A stretch of 63,902 nt of DNA, filler included, from Chiloscyllium plagiosum (lineage: Eukaryota): assembly GCF_004010195.1 (NCBI RefSeq). It is 4 parts of one record of this genome, joined end to end, with 100 filler letters (N's around TTAATTAATTAA, not from the genome) between each part and the next. Parts side by side here need not be neighbours in the genome. Positions count along the whole stretch, not along the records: positions 57,211 to 63,902 come from NC_057712.1; 3 more parts are not named here. One strand, 5' to 3'. A program made the position numbers and the translations under genes. The notes beneath the pieces were generated by a model. The model was not told the DNA's origin. It saw nothing but the letters and a program-made list of their open reading frames with translations, and did no database searches. Shown here piece by piece: positions 60,312 through 63,902 of this stretch; position 1 is the first letter of the stretch; each line of letters starts with the position of its first letter.

Positions 60312-60620
60312 ACGGCACCGTGGCTCAGTGGTTAGCGCTGCTGCCTCACAGCATCAGGGTCCCAGGTTTGATTCCAGCCTCGGGAGACTGTCTGTGTGGA
60401 GTTTGCACATTCTCCCCGTGTCTGCGTGGGTTTCCTCCGGGTGCTCCGGTTTCCTCCCACAGTCCAAAGATGTGCAGGTCAGGTGAATTGGCCATGCTAA
60501 ATTACCCATAGTGCTAGGTGCATTTGTCAGAGGGAAATGGGTCTGGGGGGTTACTCTTCGGAGGGTCGGACTGGTTGTGCCGAAGGGCCTATTTCCACAC
60601 TGTAGGGAATCTAATCTAAA
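60312..60620 (+). mobile_element. HE1-type SINE
   Basis: ggcaccgtggctcagtggttagcgctgctgcctcacag head; gaatctaatcta tail. Confidence 0.85.
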
Positions 60621-63439
60621 TCTATGGCAATGAATGACATAAGGTCAGATGATATGGAGTCTGTGTGGGTTGAGGAACCACGAAGGCAAAAAAAACCATA
60701 ATGGGAGTTATGTACAGACCTCCAAGCAGTGGTCAGGACCAGGGGTGGAAGATGTACCGGGAAATAGATAGGGCATGTCAGAAAGGTAGGGTCACGGTGA
60801 TCATGGAGGACTTCAATATGCAAATGGACTGGGTGAATAATGTTGCTGGTGGATCCAAAGAAAGGGAATTCATGGAATGTTTACAGGATGGCTTTTTGGA
60901 ACATCTTGTGATGGAGCCAACAAGGGAGCAGTGTATTCTGGACTTAGTGCTATGTAATGAGCCAGACTTTATAAAAGATCTTAAAGTAAGGGAACACTTA
61001 GGATGCAGCGATCATAATATGGTAGAGTTTAGTTTGAAAGATAGAAGGCAAAATCAGATGTATTAGTGTTACAGTTAAATAAAGGTAATTATGAGGGCAT
61101 GAGAGAGGAACTGACGAAAATAGACTGGAAGCAGAGCCTAGTGGGGAAGACAGTAGAGCAAAAATGGCAGGAGTTTCTGAGTGTAATGGAGGACACAGTA
61201 CAGAGATTCATCCCAAAGAAAAGAAAGATTACCTGGGGTGGGGGGCAGGGTGGGAGGTGGGGATTAGACAACTATGGCTGACAAAGGAAGTCAGGAAATG
61301 TATCACAGATAAAGAGAGATCCTATAAAGTGGCCAAAAGAGCACTGGGAATTCAGAAGATTGGGAAGACTACAAAAATAAACAGAGGATAACAAAGTGAG
61401 AAATAAGGAAGGAGAGGATCAAATATGAAGGAAAGCTAGCCAGTAATATTAGAAATGATAGTAAACATTTCTTTCAATATATAAGAAACAAACGAGAGGC
61501 AAAAGTAGAGATTGGGCCGCTCCAAACTGATGCTGAAAGGCTAGTGCTGGGAGATAAGGAAATAGCTGACGTACTTTGTGTCAGTCTTCACAGTGGAAGA
61601 CATGAGTAATATCCCAACAATTGAGGAGAGTCAAGGGGCAGAGTTGAGTATGGTAGCCATTACAAAAGAGAAAGTACTTGAAAAGCTAAAAGGTCTAAAA
61701 ATTGATAAATCCCCTGGCCTGGATTGGGTCCATCCTAGGGTTCTGAGGGAGGTGGCTGAAGAAATAGTGGAAGCGTTGGTTGCAATCTTTCAAAAATCAC
61801 TGAAGTCAGGGAAAGTCCCAGACAATTGAAAAATCGCTGTTATAACCCCCTTGTTCAAGACAGAAATCAATACAAAAGAAAATTATAGGTTGATTAGCCT
61901 AACGTCAGTTGCAGATAAAATTCTAGAATCCATGTTAAGGATGAGATTTCTAAATTCTTGGAAGTGCAGGGTCGGATTAGAACAAGTCAGCATGGATTTT
62001 ATATGGGGAGGTCACGCCTGACCATCCTGTTAGGATTATTTGAAGAGGTAACAAGTAAGTTAGATCAGGGAAACCCAGTGAATGTTATCTATCTAGACTT
62101 CCAAAAGGCTTTTGATAAGGTGCCTCATGGGAAGCTGCTGAGTAAGGTGAGGGCCCAAAGTGTTTGAGGTGAGCTACTGGCGTGGATTGAGGATTGGCTG
62201 TCTGACAGAAGGCAAAGAGTTGGGATAAAATGTTCTTTTTCGGAATGGCAGCTAGTGACAAGTGGTGTCCTGTAGGGTTTAGTGTTGGGGCCGCAGCTGT
62301 TCACTTTATATATTAATGATCTGGTTGTAATCTTTCAAAAATCACTGGAGTCAGGGAAAGTCCGAGACAATTGGAAAATCGTTGTTGTATCCCCTTGTTC
62401 AAGAAAGGATCAAGACAAAAGATGGAAAATTATAGGTCGATTAGCCTAACCTCAGTTATATATAAAATTTTAGAATCCATTGTTAAGGATGAGATTTCTA
62501 AATTCTTGGAAGTGCAGGGTTGGATTAGAACAAATCAGCATGGATTTTATAAGGGGAGGTCGTGCCTGACAAACCTGTTATAATTCTTTGAAGAGGTAAC
62601 AAGTAGGTTAGACCAGGGAAACCCAGTGGATGATATCTACCGAGACTTCCAAAAGGCCTTTGATAAGGTACCTCATGGGAGGCAGCTGAGTAAGGTGAGG
62701 GCCCATAGTGTTCGAGGAGCATGGATTGAGGATTGGCTGTCTGACAGAAGGCAGAGAGTTGGGATAAAAGGTTCTTTTTCGGAATGGTAGCCAGTGACAA
62801 GTGGTGTCCTGCAGGGTTCAGTGTTGGGGCCGCAGCTGTTCACTTTATATATTAATGATCTGGACGAAGGTACTGGGGGCATTCTGGCAAAATTCGCCGA
62901 TGATACAAAGTTAGGTGGACAGCCAGGTAGTACTGAGGAGGTGGGGAGGCTGTAGAAAGATTTAGACAGTTTAGGAGAGTGGTCCAAGAAATGGCTGCTG
63001 AAATTCAATGTGAACAAATGAGGTCTTGCACTTTGGAAAAAATAATACAGGCATGGACTATTTTCTAAACGGTGAGAAAATTCATAAAGCCAAAGTACAA
63101 AGAGATCTCAGAGTGCTAGTCCAGGATTCTCTAAAGGTTGACTTGAAGGTTGAGTCCATGGTTAAGAAAGCAAATGTAATGTTATCATTCATCTCAAGAG
63201 GGTTGGAATGTAAAAACAGCGATGTGCTACTGAGACTTTATAAAGCTCCAGTTAGGCCCCATTTGGAGTACTGTGTCCAGTTTTGGGCCCCACACCTCAG
63301 GAAGGACATACTGGCACTGCAGCATGTCCCGTGGAGATTCACACAGATGATCCCTGGAATGGTAGGCCTAACATACGATGAATAGCTGAAGATCCTGGGA
63401 TTGTATTCATTAGAGTTTACAAGATTGAGGGGAGATATA

Positions 63440-63902
63440 ATAGGGAGGAAAATATAGAACACGTGAGCCGGGGTTTACGAAGGAAGTGGAATCCCTGGTC
63501 AAGAAGAAGAAGGCGGCTTATGTTAGGACAGAATGTAAAAACTCAGTTAGGGCGCTTGAGGGTTACAAGGAAGTCAGGAAAGACCTAAAAAGAGAGCTCA
63601 GAAGAGCCAGGAGGAGACATGAGAAGTTGTTGGTGGATAGGAAACCCCAAGGCTTTCCATAGGTATGTCAGGAGTAAAAGAATGACGAGAGCTAAATTAG
63701 GGCCAATCAAGGATAATAGTGGGAAGTTGTGTGTGGAGTCAGAGGAGATAGGGGAAGCACTAAATAAATATATTTTGACAGTGTTCACTGTAGAAAATGA
63801 AAATGTTGGCGAGGAAGATACAGAGACACTTGCATCTAGACTAGAAGAGATTGAGGTTCACAAGGAAGAGGTATTAGAAATACTGCAGAGTGTGAAAATA
63901 GA
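63440..63902 (+). mobile_element. CR1 ORF2 fragment running off the window end
   Basis: GPIKDNSGKLCVESEEIGEALNKYILTVFT. Confidence 0.8.

Larger units (their letters stand above)
57951..63440 (+). mobile_element. CR1 LINE from ORF1 esterase C-terminus through RT, interrupted by nested elements
   Basis: 57951-58140 VNTWLRDWCGKEGFHF..WDGLHLNRSGTNVLA (SGNH-like); 60701 GVMYRPP..SDHNMVEF; 62800-62910 QGSVLGP and FADDTK; ORF 63026-63385. Confidence 0.85.

Overview
Eukaryotic, repeat-rich vertebrate DNA, most likely from an elasmobranch (shark), inferred from HE1-type tRNA SINEs, CR1/HER1-type LINEs and Penelope-like elements. The window is mostly intronic sequence of one minus-strand axonemal dynein heavy-chain gene, best matching DNAH14 by recalled motifs. 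I traced 11 GT-AG exons by hand. Nine phase-compatible stem/tail exons (51504 to 20021, 1755 nt = 585 codons, including a 37-nt microexon) are followed by two AAA2-region exons (10366-10146, 6221-5969). The linker and AAA1 exons expected between these blocks are not visible; this coincides with an artificial 44N-TTAATTAATTAA-44N scaffold linker at 18854-18953. Introns contain decayed CR1 and L2 LINEs, SINEs, probable solo LTRs and a Tc1/pogo-type MITE. The most unusual signal is a set of short Penelope-derived inserts, many of them fold-back palindromes bounded by 9-15 bp target-site duplications, carrying minimal hammerhead-ribozyme cores (CUGANGA-stem II-GAAA), often on both strands. Repeat boundaries are approximate; family names come from recognition, not database searches.
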